A stretch of DNA of 34,102 nucleotides. Origin: Chthoniobacterales bacterium. GTDB lineage: Bacteria > Verrucomicrobiota > Verrucomicrobiia > Chthoniobacterales > JAFAMB01. The stretch spans positions 1 through 34,102 of the forward strand of contig DATMQC010000172.1 in assembly GCA_035567275.1 (NCBI GenBank). Reading direction: 5' to 3'. The position numbers and the translations under genes are program-made. Below the pieces are notes generated by a model, which worked only from the letters and a program-made list of their open reading frames with translations, was not told the origin of the DNA and did no database searches. Below are positions 16,033 through 27,054 of this stretch, piece after piece (the stretch's first letter is position 1; each line of letters begins with the position of its first letter).

Positions 16033-16572
16033 TTATTGTACGGTCTTTCCTTCCTTCCGTAGGATCTGTTCGCCCGCGTACCGAATGCCCTTGCCCTTGT
16101 AAGGTTCCGGGGGGTAATAGGAGCGAATATCCGCCGCAACCTGACCAACCACTTGCTTGTCGATTCCATCAATCAAAATCCTGGTACTTTCCTGAACCGT
16201 GATCTTGATTCCATCCGGAATCGGAAACACCACCGGATGGGAAAATCCAATGTTCAAATTCAAATTCTTTCCTTGAACCTGGGCGCGAAACCCGACGCCA
16301 TGGATCTCGAGGATTTTCTGGAATCCTTTGGTGACGCCGACCACCATATTGTTGATGAGGCTGCGTGAGAGGCCGTGAAGCGCTTTAACGCTTCTTGTTT
16401 CGACATCCCGATTCAACACGGCTTGTTTGCCGTCAACCCGGATCTTAATTTGCCCGGGTAAAACCCATTGCAATTTGCCCTTCGGACCTTCGACTTGAAT
16501 TGAACCGTCCTCAGAGACAGCCATTTTCACTTTGTCGGGAATTTCGATCGACTTTTTTCCGATACGAGACAT
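16033..16572 (-). CDS. rplF: 50S ribosomal protein L6
   Basis: MSRIGKKSIEIPDKVK...GVGFRA...GKGIRY is canonical. The start is taken at ATG 16572. Confidence 0.95.
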   Translation of the reverse strand: MSRIGKKSIEIPDKVKMAVSEDGSIQVEGPKGKLQWVLPGQIKIRVDGKQAVLNRDVETRSVKALHGLSRSLINNMVVGVTKGFQKILEIHGVGFRAQVQGKNLNLNIGFSHPVVFPIPDGIKITVQESTRILIDGIDKQVVGQVAADIRSYYPPEPYKGKGIRYAGEQILRKEGKTVQ

Positions 16573-16582
16573 ACAAGCCTCC

Positions 16583-16981
16583 TTACCAAACGAGAGCCAG
16601 CAATTCGCCCCCAACATTCTCTTTGCGGGCCTCGCGGCCAGTAATTATTCCCCGTGAGGTCGAAAGAATTGCTACACCCATTCCACCAAGAACCCTGGGA
16701 ATATCGTCCGAGCCAACATATTTTCGCAATCCGGGTTTACTGACTCGCTTTAGGCCGGTCAGGGCCGGAATGCGATTCACAAACTTCATCGTGACTTTGA
16801 TCTGCGCAGGTTTGGCCTCGGTATCAATTTCGAATTCAGAAATATACCCCTCCTGCTTAAGGATTCGGGCAATCTCTTCTTTCATTCGCGAGTATGGTGC
16901 AGAAACGTCGCCCCGGTGCGACCGGGCAGCGTTACGCAACCGCGTCAAAAAATCTGCAATGGGGTCTGAAAGATTACTCAT
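16583..16981 (-). CDS. rpsH: 30S ribosomal protein S8
   Basis: DPIADFLTRLRNA...ILKQEGYI...GGELLALVW is canonical. Confidence 0.96.
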   Translation of the reverse strand: MSNLSDPIADFLTRLRNAARSHRGDVSAPYSRMKEEIARILKQEGYISEFEIDTEAKPAQIKVTMKFVNRIPALTGLKRVSKPGLRKYVGSDDIPRVLGGMGVAILSTSRGIITGREARKENVGGELLALVW

Positions 16982-16984
16982 CGC

Positions 16985-17566
16985 TCATTCTCCGGGAGCC
17001 GCAGTCTTTGTGACTTGCTTCTTATCACTGAATGGCACGCCTAGTTCGGTCAACAGTGCCTTGGCTTCGTCGTTTGTTCTCGCAGTAGTCACAATCGTTA
17101 TATCAAAACCTATGTTTCGCTTGATTCTGTCGAGCTCGACCTCGGGAAAAATCGACTGATCTTTCACGCCAAGCGTGTAATTGCCTTTCCCGTCAAATGC
17201 CTTTGCCGAAATTCCGCGAAAGTCGCGAATTCGCGGTAGCGCCATTTTGATGAGGCGCTCGAGAAACTCATACATTCTATCACCGCGCAAAGTCACTTTT
17301 GCGCCAATCGCCTGACCCTTGCGGAGCTTGAAATTCGATATGCTTTTCTTCGACTTGGTTTCAGCCGGTTTCTGGCCGGTGATCAGAGCCAACTCCTTCT
17401 TCGCATCCTCAAGCGTCTGCTTCACATCGCTTCCTTGAGCGGGGATACAGGTGTTAACAACCACCTTGTCGACCTTTGGCACCTGCAACAGATTTTTATA
17501 GCTAAGCTTTTCACGCAACGCCGGCACGACGCGATCCTTATATTCCTTGTAAAGTTCCGCTTGCAT
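16985..17566 (-). CDS. rplE: 50S ribosomal protein L5
   Basis: KVVVNTCI...ITGQKP...RGDRMYEFLERL...RDFRG is canonical. It is separated from rpsH by only 3 nt. Confidence 0.95.
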   Translation of the reverse strand: MQAELYKEYKDRVVPALREKLSYKNLLQVPKVDKVVVNTCIPAQGSDVKQTLEDAKKELALITGQKPAETKSKKSISNFKLRKGQAIGAKVTLRGDRMYEFLERLIKMALPRIRDFRGISAKAFDGKGNYTLGVKDQSIFPEVELDRIKRNIGFDITIVTTARTNDEAKALLTELGVPFSDKKQVTKTAAPGE

Positions 17567-17569
17567 CGT

Positions 17570-17851
17570 CTATTCCTTACGTCCCTTCTTTGCCGGCTTG
17601 GCGGCCCTGGCCGCTCGGGCCTCGGCCAACTTGACATTCGAAATGTGAATCGGTCCCTCCCGCGTTATGATCGCGCCGTTCGGATTATCTTGTGATTTGC
17701 GACGCGTCTTCTTGATCAGGCGGACCCCCTCGATCAACACCTGATTCTTTTTCGAGAGCACCTGCAACACTTTGCCGGAGGCACCACGATGGTTGCCGGA
17801 GAGCACAATAACCTGATCCCCTTTTTTGACGTGAAATTTCGCTCTGTTCAT
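17570..17851 (-). CDS. rplX: 50S ribosomal protein L24
   Basis: The KOW motif [21 protein letters not shown] is present. Its position is between rplN and rplE. Confidence 0.94.
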   Translation of the reverse strand: MNRAKFHVKKGDQVIVLSGNHRGASGKVLQVLSKKNQVLIEGVRLIKKTRRKSQDNPNGAIITREGPIHISNVKLAEARAARAAKPAKKGRKE

Positions 17852-18213
17852 AACACCTCCGGAGCAAGCGAAATGATTTTCATAAAATTCTTCTCGCGCA
17901 GCTCGCGCGCGACGGGCCCGAAAATTCGCGTGCCTCGCGGGTTCAAATCCTTGTCGATGATAACGATCGCGTTGTTATCAAAACGCAGATAGGAGCCGTC
18001 ATCTCGCTTAACAGGCTGCTTTGTACGAACCACCACAGCTCTCACAACCTCGCCCTTCTTCACCGTACCGCTGGCCGTTGCCTCTTTGACGTTGCATGTA
18101 ATCACATCACCGACCGAGGCGAATGCGGTCTGTTTGCCTATCACCCCAATCATCGTCGCCATCCGGGCGCCGGTGTTATCAGCTACATCCAGTCTGGAGC
18201 GAAGTTGAATCAT
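17848..18213 (-). CDS. rplN: 50S ribosomal protein L14
   Basis: [17 protein letters not shown]...[10 protein letters not shown] is canonical. Confidence 0.96.
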   Translation of the reverse strand: MIQLRSRLDVADNTGARMATMIGVIGKQTAFASVGDVITCNVKEATASGTVKKGEVVRAVVVRTKQPVKRDDGSYLRFDNNAIVIIDKDLNPRGTRIFGPVARELREKNFMKIISLAPEVL

Positions 18214-18229
18214 GATTCAAGCCCTCCCG

Positions 18230-18607
18230 TTAGCTCCGTAGCACTTCTACCAACCGCCATCGCTTCAAGCGGCTTAACGGTCGGGTTTCTTCTACGCGCA
18301 CCAAATCACCGACGGCGCATTTATTCTGTTCATCGTGCGCGTACAACTTCTTCGTCCGCTTGACGATCTTTCCAAACTTCGCATGCGGAACTCGACGAAC
18401 GACCGCCACGACGATTGTCTTATCCATCTTATTGGATACAACCTCGCCTACCCGCGTTTTCCGAAGATGCCGCTTCGGAATTCCAGACTGCTGCGGTTGA
18501 GCTTCCGGCCCCGACTTCACGTCCGCCTCACGCGGAGCGGAATTTTCATCGGGCAGAGCTTCGGCCGCCGTGGCAGTACCTTTAGCATCTACAGTCTCTT
18601 CACTCAT
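18230..18607 (-). CDS. rpsQ: 30S ribosomal protein S17 with ~45-aa N-terminal extension
   Basis: The core [21 protein letters not shown]...YAHDEQN...[13 protein letters not shown] is canonical. The acidic/Pro-rich N-terminus applies only if ATG 18607 is used. Confidence 0.9.
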   Translation of the reverse strand: MSEETVDAKGTATAAEALPDENSAPREADVKSGPEAQPQQSGIPKRHLRKTRVGEVVSNKMDKTIVVAVVRRVPHAKFGKIVKRTKKLYAHDEQNKCAVGDLVRVEETRPLSRLKRWRLVEVLRS

Positions 18608-18695
18608 TTTAGGTCTCTATTTCTTCTCGACGAAGCGGCCTCGTTTCGCAGGTTTCACGCCGAAATCGGCGAGCAAACAAATGCCGTCATCACTT

Positions 18696-18896
18696 TTAAG
18701 CCTCGGTGTTTTTGGAGCGCTGCGTCAAAATCGTCTCAATTCTCGCTACCTCTCTGCGATTGATCCGGATCACGCTCGGCTTCTCCAGCGCGCCGGTTTG
18801 CTGTTGCAGTCGCAGATTAAATGCATCCTTTCGCAATTCGCGTCGGCGGGCGATCAGCTCGTCATTGCTCAATTCGCGTAGTTCTTTGATTTTCAT
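18696..18896 (-). CDS. rpmC: 50S ribosomal protein L29
   Basis: MKIKELRELSNDELIARRRELRKDAFNLRLQ is canonical. Confidence 0.94.
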   Translation of the reverse strand: MKIKELRELSNDELIARRRELRKDAFNLRLQQQTGALEKPSVIRINRREVARIETILTQRSKNTEA

Positions 18897-18919
18897 CTCA
18901 GGCTTCTCTCTTTGCCGAT

Positions 18920-19345
18920 TTATGCAGCCAGCGCATGTTGCCGGCTGATGAAGCGGGTGCGAATCGGAAGCTTCGTAGCGGCAAGGCGCAGCGACTCACG
19001 CGCGACCGACTCCGATACTCCATCCAGCTCAAAAATGATGTTTCCAGGGCGAACCGTTGCAACCCAGTGTTCGGGATTGCCCTTACCTTTTCCCATTCGA
19101 GTTTCCGGCGGCCTCTGCGTGACAGACTTGTCCGGGAAAATCTTGATCCAAAGCTTTCCTTTGCGCTTCATGTTGCGGGTCAATGCGACACGGGCGGCTT
19201 CGATCTGCGTATTTGTTACCCAGGCCCGGTCAAGCGTCTGCAAAGCGTATTCGCCGAATGAAATGGAGACGTTCCGCGTGGCGCTGCCGGCGCGGCTTCC
19301 GCGCTGCGTCTTGCGGTACTTCACCCTCTTTGGCATCAATGGCAT
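18920..19345 (-). CDS. rplP: 50S ribosomal protein L16
   Basis: [13 protein letters not shown]...RMGKGKG is canonical. Confidence 0.96.
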   Translation of the reverse strand: MPLMPKRVKYRKTQRGSRAGSATRNVSISFGEYALQTLDRAWVTNTQIEAARVALTRNMKRKGKLWIKIFPDKSVTQRPPETRMGKGKGNPEHWVATVRPGNIIFELDGVSESVARESLRLAATKLPIRTRFISRQHALAA

Positions 19346-19367
19346 AAATCAACCTCCTGGCCGGCAA

Positions 19368-20057
19368 CTATCTTGAAGCGGGGGCTGGCTGGTGGCCCGT
19401 CTCTTTCTTTTGCGGCTGTTGCTGTTCAAGGATCTGCTCGGGTTTGCAGATCCAGCATTTCACTCCAATCTTCCCATAAACGGTATTTGCCTCAGCAAAC
19501 CCGTAGTCGATCGGTGTCCGAAGCGTGTGCAGCGGGATTTTCCCTTCCCGGTACCATTCAGCACGCGAGATCTCCGCTCCACCGAGCCGGCCAGAGCAGC
19601 GAATCTTGATTCCGAGGGCCCCAAAATCCATGGTTGTCTGAACGGCCTTTTTCATAGCGCGACGGAAGGAGATACGGCGCTCAATCTGGAGCGCGACATT
19701 TTCGGACACCAATTGCGCATCCAGTTCAGGCGTCTTGATTTCCTGGATATCGATCTTGACCTGCTTTCCACCCGACATCCGGGTGATCTCTTCGGTCATC
19801 TTCTCGATTTCCGCACCCTTTCGGCCAATCACGATCCCAGGGCGCGCGGTGTAAATCGTCACTCGAATGCTGTTCCAGGCACGCTCAATCACGATCTTCG
19901 CGACGGCGGCCATCGACAGTTTCTGCTTTACAAAATGGCGAATTCTGAGATCGGCATGAAGAAAATCCGAGAATTCTTTTGACGACGCGTACCAGCGGGA
20001 ACGCCAATCCTTGCTAAGCGCAAGTCGGAAACCGATTGGATTTACTTTCTGCCCCAT
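19368..20057 (-). CDS. rpsC: 30S ribosomal protein S3
   Basis: [12 protein letters not shown]...GIVIGRKG...GRLGGAEI is canonical. Confidence 0.96.
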   Translation of the reverse strand: MGQKVNPIGFRLALSKDWRSRWYASSKEFSDFLHADLRIRHFVKQKLSMAAVAKIVIERAWNSIRVTIYTARPGIVIGRKGAEIEKMTEEITRMSGGKQVKIDIQEIKTPELDAQLVSENVALQIERRISFRRAMKKAVQTTMDFGALGIKIRCSGRLGGAEISRAEWYREGKIPLHTLRTPIDYGFAEANTVYGKIGVKCWICKPEQILEQQQPQKKETGHQPAPASR

Positions 20058-20059
20058 AC

Positions 20060-20599
20060 TTATTCTTTCTCTTCTCGGGATTTCGTTTCAGTCGCTGTTT
20101 CAACGGGCTTGACCGGCTTCGGGGTTTTTTGCGCAACACCGGTCTGCTTGACCTCCGCGGTTGCGGCCCCTGCCGAGGTCGTCTTCTTTTGTTTTTTCGG
20201 CCGTTCCGTTTCGTTTCCGGCCGCTTTTGAAACATGTCTTGCACGAGGCCTCTCAACCGCCGGAGCAAGGTCATCGCTCAGAATTATTCGAATATGGCTG
20301 GTCCTCTTGCGCAACGGGCTTGCGCTGCCACGCGCTCGTGCCCTGAATCGCTTAAATGTCGGGCCTTCACCAACAACCGCCTCCTTAACCCGCAGGGTAT
20401 CCACCTTGAGCTCGGCATTGTTTTCCGCGTTTGCGATCGCGCTTCTGAGAGTCTTCTTCACCAGCGCGGCCGCCTTTTTCGGGCTAAACGTTAAGAGGTC
20501 CAGGGCGTCCGAAGCAGAACGGCCCTGAATTTCACGCGTCACTTCGCGCGCCTTGAACGCGGAAATACGCGCAAACCGATATATTGATGTTACCTGCAT
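20060..20599 (-). CDS. rplV: 50S ribosomal protein L22 with ~65-aa Lys/Pro/Thr-rich C-terminal extension
   Basis: The core [17 protein letters not shown]...[14 protein letters not shown]...RTSHI is canonical. A low-complexity tail follows. Confidence 0.93.
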   Translation of the reverse strand: MQVTSIYRFARISAFKAREVTREIQGRSASDALDLLTFSPKKAAALVKKTLRSAIANAENNAELKVDTLRVKEAVVGEGPTFKRFRARARGSASPLRKRTSHIRIILSDDLAPAVERPRARHVSKAAGNETERPKKQKKTTSAGAATAEVKQTGVAQKTPKPVKPVETATETKSREEKE

Positions 20600-20627
20600 G
20601 CTTCTCTACGTCGGAATAGGACGCTCC

Positions 20628-20906
20628 TTACTTCGCCACCTTGGCGGTGTGCGCGCCATGTTTCTTAAATGTTCGGGTTGGTGAAAACTCGCCCAGCTTG
20701 TGCCCAACCATGTTCTCCGTCACAAAAACTGAATTGAAGATCTTGCCGTTATGTACAAGAAAGGTATGTCCAACGAAGTCTGGCGTAATCATTGAACGAC
20801 GCGACCACGTTTTTATCGGTTTCTTGGAAACGCCAGTACTCATTTTCTCGACTTTCTCGAGAAGCTTGACATCCACAAAGGGACCTTTTCTCAGCGATCT
20901 GGCCAT
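20628..20906 (-). CDS. rpsS: 30S ribosomal protein S19
   Basis: [10 protein letters not shown]...[23 protein letters not shown] is canonical. Confidence 0.96.
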   Translation of the reverse strand: MARSLRKGPFVDVKLLEKVEKMSTGVSKKPIKTWSRRSMITPDFVGHTFLVHNGKIFNSVFVTENMVGHKLGEFSPTRTFKKHGAHTAKVAK

Positions 20907-20909
20907 ACG

Positions 20910-21761
20910 TTACTTCGCTTTTTTCTTATTTTTTCGCCGCTCAATGATGAAAGAATCGCTCGGCTTGTGCCGGCGTCGCGTCTTGAACCCTTTCGCCAGT
21001 TGCCCCCAGGGACTTACCGGATGATGCCGTCCACCGCCCCCTTTGCTCTTACCTTGGCCGCCGCCCATTGGGTGGTCGATAGGATTCATGGCCATACCGC
21101 GAACGTGCGGGCGCCGGCCAAGCCAACGACCTCTTCCGGCTTTTCCGCTCGACACATTCATGTGATCCACGTTGCCTACCTGGCCAATCGTTGCGTACGC
21201 ATTCTCGTGAATGCGTCGAATCTCACCGGACGGAAGCCGTACGAGCGCATACCCTCCCTCGCGGTTATTTAGGATGGCTTGCTGTCCGGCGCTTCGAGCC
21301 ACCTGGCCGCCACGGCCAGGAATGATCTCTACGTTATGAATGACTGTTCCCAAAGGAATGGACTTCAATGGGAGCGCATTCCCAATTTCGGGTGCGACAT
21401 TCTCGCCCGCGATAACCTTGGCTCCCACTTCCAACCCGATAGGTGCCAGAATATAGGTCTTGGTTCCGTCGGAATAGTGCAGAAGAGCAATCCGTGACGA
21501 CCGATTCGGGTCATATTCGATCGCCTCGACGGTTGCCTCCACGTCGCGGAGCTTACGTTTGAAATCGATAATCCGGTATTTTCGTTTGTGTCCGCCGCCA
21601 ATGTGCCGCGAAGTCAAACGCCCGTTATTATTGCGTCCACCCGTCCGCTTTAACGGGGCGACCAACGACTTTTCAGGCTGGGCTTTCGTTATCTCGCTGT
21701 ACGTCGGTGTTTGTTTGAAACGCTGCGTGGGAGTGAGTGGTCTGAAATTTTTTAGTGCCAT
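20910..21761 (-). CDS. rplB: 50S ribosomal protein L2
   Basis: [22 protein letters not shown]...[21 protein letters not shown] is canonical. Confidence 0.97.
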   Translation of the reverse strand: MALKNFRPLTPTQRFKQTPTYSEITKAQPEKSLVAPLKRTGGRNNNGRLTSRHIGGGHKRKYRIIDFKRKLRDVEATVEAIEYDPNRSSRIALLHYSDGTKTYILAPIGLEVGAKVIAGENVAPEIGNALPLKSIPLGTVIHNVEIIPGRGGQVARSAGQQAILNNREGGYALVRLPSGEIRRIHENAYATIGQVGNVDHMNVSSGKAGRGRWLGRRPHVRGMAMNPIDHPMGGGQGKSKGGGGRHHPVSPWGQLAKGFKTRRRHKPSDSFIIERRKNKKKAK

Positions 21762-21778
21762 TGATTGACTTCCTCCCG

Positions 21779-22063
21779 CTATACGAGATCGATCTTCTCG
21801 CCGGCGGCGAGAGTAACGATCGCTTTCTTCCAGTGGGCGCGGCGGCCAAAATCAGCCCGGCGCTCACGCTTTTTCTTGCCCGCATACTGGCAAGTGTTGA
21901 CACGCACCACTCGCTTTCCAAAAAGCTCTTCGATCGCTTGCTTGATTTGCAGTTTGTTCGCGCCTGGATCGACGCGGAAAACATATTGATTATGTTTTTC
22001 ACCCAGCAGACTAGCCTTTTCCGTAAGTCGGATATTGCGAATCAATTGTGTCGGTTCGTTCAT
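21779..22063 (-). CDS. rplW: 50S ribosomal protein L23
   Basis: [31 protein letters not shown] is canonical. Its position is between rplD and rplB. Confidence 0.94.
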   Translation of the reverse strand: MNEPTQLIRNIRLTEKASLLGEKHNQYVFRVDPGANKLQIKQAIEELFGKRVVRVNTCQYAGKKKRERRADFGRRAHWKKAIVTLAAGEKIDLV

Positions 22064-22668
22064 GCCAATCTTTCCGCCAGCCTGGCCAAGGCCCCGTTGG
22101 TCACAATAATCTTCTGGAACGCAAGAAGTTGCTCAGTGTTTACCTCGGACGCGGTGTTCAATCGAACCGGTCGCAAATTTCTTGCCGCCTTGTAAGTCGC
22201 CTCATCGAATTCGGTCGAGATTACCAGGACCTTTTCTGCGTCCGTATGCGATTTCATAAGCAACACAAATTCCTTCGTCTTCGGGTTGGCTACCTTGATT
22301 TCATCGGTCACCAAAATGTCCCCAGCGATGACCCGGGCGCTAAACGCCTTGAGAAATGCCAATTGTCTAACACTCTTCGGCACCTTTTTTGAGTAGTCTC
22401 GCGGCTTAGGCCCGAAAACCACGCCTCCTCCGGACCAGATAGGTGATGAAGTATAGCCGGCTCGCGCCCTGCCCGTACCCTTTTGGCGCCATGGTTTTCT
22501 GCCGGAATATGCAACATCGGCTTTCGTTTTGGTGTTGGCGGAGCCGCTGCGGCGATTCGCGCGCATCGCAACGACCACATCGTGGACCGCCTGGGTTCCA
22601 CGACCGTTTTCGATCACCTGAATTTTGGCTCGTTTCGCGGCCTCAACTGTTAGAACCGCGGCACTCAC
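22060..22668 (-). CDS. rplD: 50S ribosomal protein L4
   Basis: RKPWRQKGTGRARAG...SPIWSGGGVVFGPKPRDY is canonical. Confidence 0.96.
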   Translation of the reverse strand: MSAAVLTVEAAKRAKIQVIENGRGTQAVHDVVVAMRANRRSGSANTKTKADVAYSGRKPWRQKGTGRARAGYTSSPIWSGGGVVFGPKPRDYSKKVPKSVRQLAFLKAFSARVIAGDILVTDEIKVANPKTKEFVLLMKSHTDAEKVLVISTEFDEATYKAARNLRPVRLNTASEVNTEQLLAFQKIIVTNGALARLAERLA

Positions 22669-23321
22669 TTCGTCTTGCCTCCCTCACCGTCTTGCTTTTT
22701 CTTTGCGGGGCGGACGACTACGAAGCTTCCATTCGATCCAGGAACAGCGCCGCACACGAGGATGACATTGTCGTCGGGTCGGACCTGGATGATGCGCAAA
22801 TTCTGCACCGTCACGCGGTCATCCCCCAGGTGACCCGGCATCCCCATATTCTTCCAAACTCGGCCCGGCGTAGACCGGTTCCCAATCGCACCGTTTCGCC
22901 TATGCATTTTCGAGCCGTGAGCTGCCGGTTGGCCGGAAAACCCGTGTTTCTTTACGACGCCTTGGAATCCCTTGCCCTTCGATCGGCCGATCACGTCAAC
23001 AAACTGACCGGCCTCAAACTGGCTCACGCTCAAATCCAGGCCACCGTCGAGCGCTGTTCCTTCGGGCAATCGAAATTCCCGCACGAATTTCTTTGGCTCC
23101 GAATTCGCCTTCTTGAAATGGCCAAGCAGTGGTTTCGGCACCCGCGATTGTTTCTGCGAATCAAAACCTACCTGAACGGCGGTGTATCCGTCGCGCTCGG
23201 GATTCTTCACCTGCAATACCGTATTCCCTTCAGCCTCGATCACCGTAACAGGTGTGGCTTTGCCGTTGGCGTCGTAAACGCGCGTCATCCCAATTTTCCG
23301 CCCTAAAAGTCCAATCTTCAT
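22665..23321 (-). CDS. rplC: 50S ribosomal protein L3
   Basis: GLLGRKIGMTRVYD...GKGFQGVVKKHGF is canonical. Confidence 0.96.
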   Translation of the reverse strand: MKIGLLGRKIGMTRVYDANGKATPVTVIEAEGNTVLQVKNPERDGYTAVQVGFDSQKQSRVPKPLLGHFKKANSEPKKFVREFRLPEGTALDGGLDLSVSQFEAGQFVDVIGRSKGKGFQGVVKKHGFSGQPAAHGSKMHRRNGAIGNRSTPGRVWKNMGMPGHLGDDRVTVQNLRIIQVRPDDNVILVCGAVPGSNGSFVVVRPAKKKQDGEGGKTK

Positions 23322-23339
23322 TGTCGCGTGGGCCCAAGG

Positions 23340-23651
23340 TTAAATCTTAATGGTAATGTCCACACCGGCTGGGAGGTTGAGCTTACGAAGCTCATCGACC
23401 GTCTTGGCGGTCGGCTCGATAATATCGAGTAACCGTTTGTGGGTGCGCATCTCGAATTGGTCCATCGACTTCTTGTCGACGTGCGGCGAACGATTCACGG
23501 TGAATTTCTCAACCCTGGTCGGCAACGGAATCGGACCGGCAACTTTGGCGCCCGTGCGCTTGGCCGTCTCCACGATCTCCACTGCAGACTGATCGAGCAT
23601 GCGATAATCAAAGCCTTTTAGGCGGATGCGGATGCGCTGACCGTTCGTCAT
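23340..23651 (-). CDS. rpsJ: 30S ribosomal protein S10
   Basis: [16 protein letters not shown]...GPIPLPT...SPHVDKKS is canonical. The start is taken at ATG 23651, 4 nt after the fusA stop. Confidence 0.95.
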   Translation of the reverse strand: MTNGQRIRIRLKGFDYRMLDQSAVEIVETAKRTGAKVAGPIPLPTRVEKFTVNRSPHVDKKSMDQFEMRTHKRLLDIIEPTAKTVDELRKLNLPAGVDITIKI

Positions 23652-23655
23652 AAGA

Positions 23656-25800
23656 TTAGGCTCCTGTCTGGTCCAAGATTGCCGCAACGATCTGGGTCGG
23701 AACCGGCTCAAAGTGAGATGGTTCCATCGAATAGGAGGCGCGTCCCTTGGAAAGCGAGCGAATCGCGGTCGCATATCCAAACATTTCGGCAAGGGGTACC
23801 TCTGCATGCACAACGGTGGCAAAATTTTTCGCCTCCATATTCATGATGCGACCCCGTCGGCGATTTAAATCTCCCATAATGTCTCCCTGGTATTCGTCGG
23901 GAGTCACACACTCCACCTTCATGATGGGCTCGAGCAAAATCGAGTTTCCCTTTTTGAAGGCATCTTTCATCGCAAAGATCGCCGCGAGCTTGAATGCAAG
24001 TTCATTCGAATCAACGTCGTGGTAGGACCCATCCACGATCTCTACGTAAAAATCGATGACCTGATAGCCGCCAACCACCCCGTTGAGGACCGCTTCTTCA
24101 ATCCCCTTTTTCACGGCCGGGATGTATTCCTTAGGAATTGCGCCGCCGACAATCTTGTTTTCAATCGCGATGCCCTTCCCGCGCTCCCTCGGTTCAACGT
24201 TGACCACTACGTGGCCATACTGACCTCGGCCGCCCGACTGCTTGATCAACTTGCCCTCGCCTGTCGCGTTCCTTGTGATCGTTTCGCGATAAGCGATCTG
24301 CGGCTTCCCGGCGTTCGCATCTACCTTGAACTCCCGCAACATTCGATCGCGAATGATTTCGAGGTGGAGTTCGCCCATCCCTGCAATAATTGTTTGCCCC
24401 GTGTCCTCGTGCGTATAAACGCGGAACGTCGGATCTTCCTCAGCCAGTCGCTGTAAGGCCGTACTCATTTTTTCCTGATCCAGTTTAGTTTTTGGCTCAA
24501 TCGCCATCGAAATAACCGGCTCGGGAAATGACGGCGGTTCCAGAAGGATGAGAAAATCTTCGTCGCAAAGGGTATCACCCGTGGTGATATTCTTAATTCC
24601 CACGATAGCGGCGATATCTCCAGAGTAGCAGGTCACAATATCTTCTCGCTTGTCGGCCTGAATTTGAATTAAGCGGCTGATGCGCTCGCGCTTGTTAGTC
24701 CGGGGGTTGTAGACCGTGTCTCCTTTTGAGAGTTTTCCGGAGTAGACACGGAAAAAAACGAGTTTACCGACGAATGGATCGCTCCAGAGCTTGAATGCGA
24801 GGGAACAGAATTTCGCGTTGTCATCCGTCGGAGCGGCTTTCGGTTCGTGGGTGTCGGGGTCAATCCCGGCGGCTGGCGGAATATCGAGCGGACTCGGAAG
24901 ATAGTCGACTACGGCATCGACAAGATACTGAACTCCCTTGTTCTTAAATGCAGAACCGCCGGCGACCGGGATAAACTTGTTCTGGATGGTCAGCCGACGG
25001 ATTCCTGCCTTCAGATCTTTTGGCGTTACGGGCTTTTCTTCGAGGAAGATAGTTCCCACTTCGTCGTCAAGGTTAGCTACTTGCTCGACGAGGTCGTTGT
25101 AAGCCTGGTCGATCGCCTGTTCGTGCTCTTCGGGAACTTCGGTCACCTCGTAAGTTGAGCCGAACGCATCGCTGTCAGAATAGATGATGGCCTTCTTGTT
25201 GACAATATCAAGCTGGCCCCGCAGGTGATCCTCCTTGCCAAGGGGAATAAGAACCGGCCAGGCGTTGGCGCCCAGCTTCGTGCGAATCTCTCGGACTACA
25301 TTTCCAAAATTCGCCCCGACCTTGTCCATCTTGTTGACAAAGCAGATTCGAGGAACGTTGTATTTATTGGCCTGGCGCCAAACAGTCTCGGTCTGAGGCT
25401 GAACCCCCGCAACGCTGTCAAAAACCAGGATCGCGCCATCAAGGACTCGCAACGAGCGTTCCACCTCGGCCGTAAAATCAACGTGGCCCGGCGTGTCGAT
25501 GATGTTCACCCGCTGTCTTTGATCTTCGAACAGTTTGAAAACATCTTTCTCTTTGCGCTGATTCCAGAAACAGGTAGTCGCCGCCGACGTGATCGTTATA
25601 CCACGCTCGCGTTCCTGCTCCATCCAATCCGTGACGGTGTTACCGTCATCGACGTCGCCGATCTTATGGATCATCCCGGTGTAAAACAGAATTCGTTCAG
25701 TCAGGGTTGTCTTACCTGCGTCGATGTGCGCGCTGATACCGATATTTCGAGTCCGTTCCAGAGGGTAAGCGCGGTCCGGAGAGTTAGGGTTGGTCGTCAT
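23656..25800 (-). CDS. fusA: Elongation factor G
   Basis: GTPase motifs [17 protein letters not shown] and NKMD are present. ATG 25800 is preceded by GAGAAGG 8 nt upstream; the ORF-track start at 25845 would overlap rpsG. Confidence 0.96.
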   Translation of the reverse strand: MTTNPNSPDRAYPLERTRNIGISAHIDAGKTTLTERILFYTGMIHKIGDVDDGNTVTDWMEQERERGITITSAATTCFWNQRKEKDVFKLFEDQRQRVNIIDTPGHVDFTAEVERSLRVLDGAILVFDSVAGVQPQTETVWRQANKYNVPRICFVNKMDKVGANFGNVVREIRTKLGANAWPVLIPLGKEDHLRGQLDIVNKKAIIYSDSDAFGSTYEVTEVPEEHEQAIDQAYNDLVEQVANLDDEVGTIFLEEKPVTPKDLKAGIRRLTIQNKFIPVAGGSAFKNKGVQYLVDAVVDYLPSPLDIPPAAGIDPDTHEPKAAPTDDNAKFCSLAFKLWSDPFVGKLVFFRVYSGKLSKGDTVYNPRTNKRERISRLIQIQADKREDIVTCYSGDIAAIVGIKNITTGDTLCDEDFLILLEPPSFPEPVISMAIEPKTKLDQEKMSTALQRLAEEDPTFRVYTHEDTGQTIIAGMGELHLEIIRDRMLREFKVDANAGKPQIAYRETITRNATGEGKLIKQSGGRGQYGHVVVNVEPRERGKGIAIENKIVGGAIPKEYIPAVKKGIEEAVLNGVVGGYQVIDFYVEIVDGSYHDVDSNELAFKLAAIFAMKDAFKKGNSILLEPIMKVECVTPDEYQGDIMGDLNRRRGRIMNMEAKNFATVVHAEVPLAEMFGYATAIRSLSKGRASYSMEPSHFEPVPTQIVAAILDQTGA

Positions 25801-25838
25801 AGCACTGGCCTTCTCTAAAACAGTTGGAGACATAAAGG

Positions 25839-26309
25839 TTACCACCTGAAATGAGCAAACGCCCGGTTAGCCTGAGCCATTTTGTGTGTGTCATCCCGCT
25901 TTTTGATCGCGTTCCCTTGTCCGAGAGACGCATCTTTGATTTCCGCTGCGAGATTGTCTACCATTGTTCCCCGGCGATTTTTCGCAAAAGTCACGATCCA
26001 TCGCATCGCAAGGGAGACCTGACGCTCCTGAGGCACCTCGACCGGGACCTGATAAGTCGCGCCACCAACACGCCGAGACTTGACCTCAAGCCGCGGCTTG
26101 GCATTTTCCAGCGCCTTGTGAAGGGTATCCAGGGGGTCGACAGAGTCAGAACCTTCCCGGCTCCTTTCGATCGCCTCGTACACAATACGCTCCGCGACCG
26201 CCTTTTTGCCGCCACGCATGACCGTGCTGATCAAACGGGCAACGACTGGACTGCCATACCGGCTGTCCAAAGATTCGATCTTATGAATGACTCTGCGACG
26301 ACGTGACAT
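25839..26309 (-). CDS. rpsG: 30S ribosomal protein S7
   Basis: MSRRRRV...[14 protein letters not shown]...[11 protein letters not shown] is canonical. The start is taken at ATG 26309. Confidence 0.95.
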   Translation of the reverse strand: MSRRRRVIHKIESLDSRYGSPVVARLISTVMRGGKKAVAERIVYEAIERSREGSDSVDPLDTLHKALENAKPRLEVKSRRVGGATYQVPVEVPQERQVSLAMRWIVTFAKNRRGTMVDNLAAEIKDASLGQGNAIKKRDDTHKMAQANRAFAHFRW

Positions 26310-26349
26310 GTGATTTCTTTCCGCGAGAACAATCATGCTCCCGCCCAAT

Positions 26350-26760
26350 TTATTTCTTTTTGCCTTTCGTGCCTTTGGCCTCCCCGCCCTCCTTGGGCCG
26401 CTTTGCCCCGTATTTGGAGCGACTGCGACGCCGACCGTCAACCCCGAGGCTGTCCAGCGTTCCACGAACGATGTGATACCGAACACCCGGCAAATCCTTT
26501 ACCCGACCCCCGCGAACCAGCACGATCGAGTGCTCCTGCAGATTATGGCTTTCGCCGGGAATGTAGGCAATTACCTCGTATCCGTTTGTCAGGCGCACTT
26601 TGGCGACTTTTCGCAGCGCTGAGTTCGGTTTCTTCGGCGTGCGGGTCATCACCTGCACACAGACTCCACGGCGCTGCGGACTATTCGTGAGTGCGGGAGA
26701 TTTTGACTTCACCGCAATCTTCTTGCGACCCTTTCTTACGAGCTGGTTAATGGTTGGCAT
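26350..26760 (-). CDS. rpsL: 30S ribosomal protein S12 (Lys/Gly-rich C-terminal tail)
   Basis: [12 protein letters not shown]...[12 protein letters not shown]...[13 protein letters not shown] is canonical. Confidence 0.97.
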   Translation of the reverse strand: MPTINQLVRKGRKKIAVKSKSPALTNSPQRRGVCVQVMTRTPKKPNSALRKVAKVRLTNGYEVIAYIPGESHNLQEHSIVLVRGGRVKDLPGVRYHIVRGTLDSLGVDGRRRSRSKYGAKRPKEGGEAKGTKGKKK

Positions 26761-26852
26761 TTAACAAAAATCAGGTTCAATCCCAATTATCCGGGGATAA
26801 AAAAGCCGCTCTGGCAGCAAAGTCCTCTCCCGCCAGACGCGGGGGAGCGTGG

Positions 26853-26880
26853 ACTATATTATTTTTCCAAAGTCACGCAA
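26853..26880 (-). promoter_or_regulatory. Candidate sigma-70-type promoter for the rpsL operon
   Basis: The minus strand reads TTGCGT, a 16-nt spacer, then TATAGT, about 90 nt upstream of the rpsL ATG. This is a motif match only. Confidence 0.3.
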
Positions 26881-27054
26881 GACATTTTTCCCCAAACCCG
26901 TAAGCCGCGATTTCCCTGGAAAACAAGACCGGAAAATTAGCACACTTTAAGCCTGATGCATCAGGAAATCCGTTCACCCTGCCAGCCGCTCTGTGGCCGC
27001 CGTGGCTCTCTTAAGGCGACGAGTGGAACTCCGTGGCTGTTTGTGGTATGAATA

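Noticed and set aside
18635-18643. GCGGCCTCG, the 9-mer from the repeat-module core, in the rpmC-rpsQ spacer.
   Set aside because: Only 9 nt match and the flanks do not align with the module. A GC-rich 9-mer can recur by chance in 68 kb of two-strand sequence.
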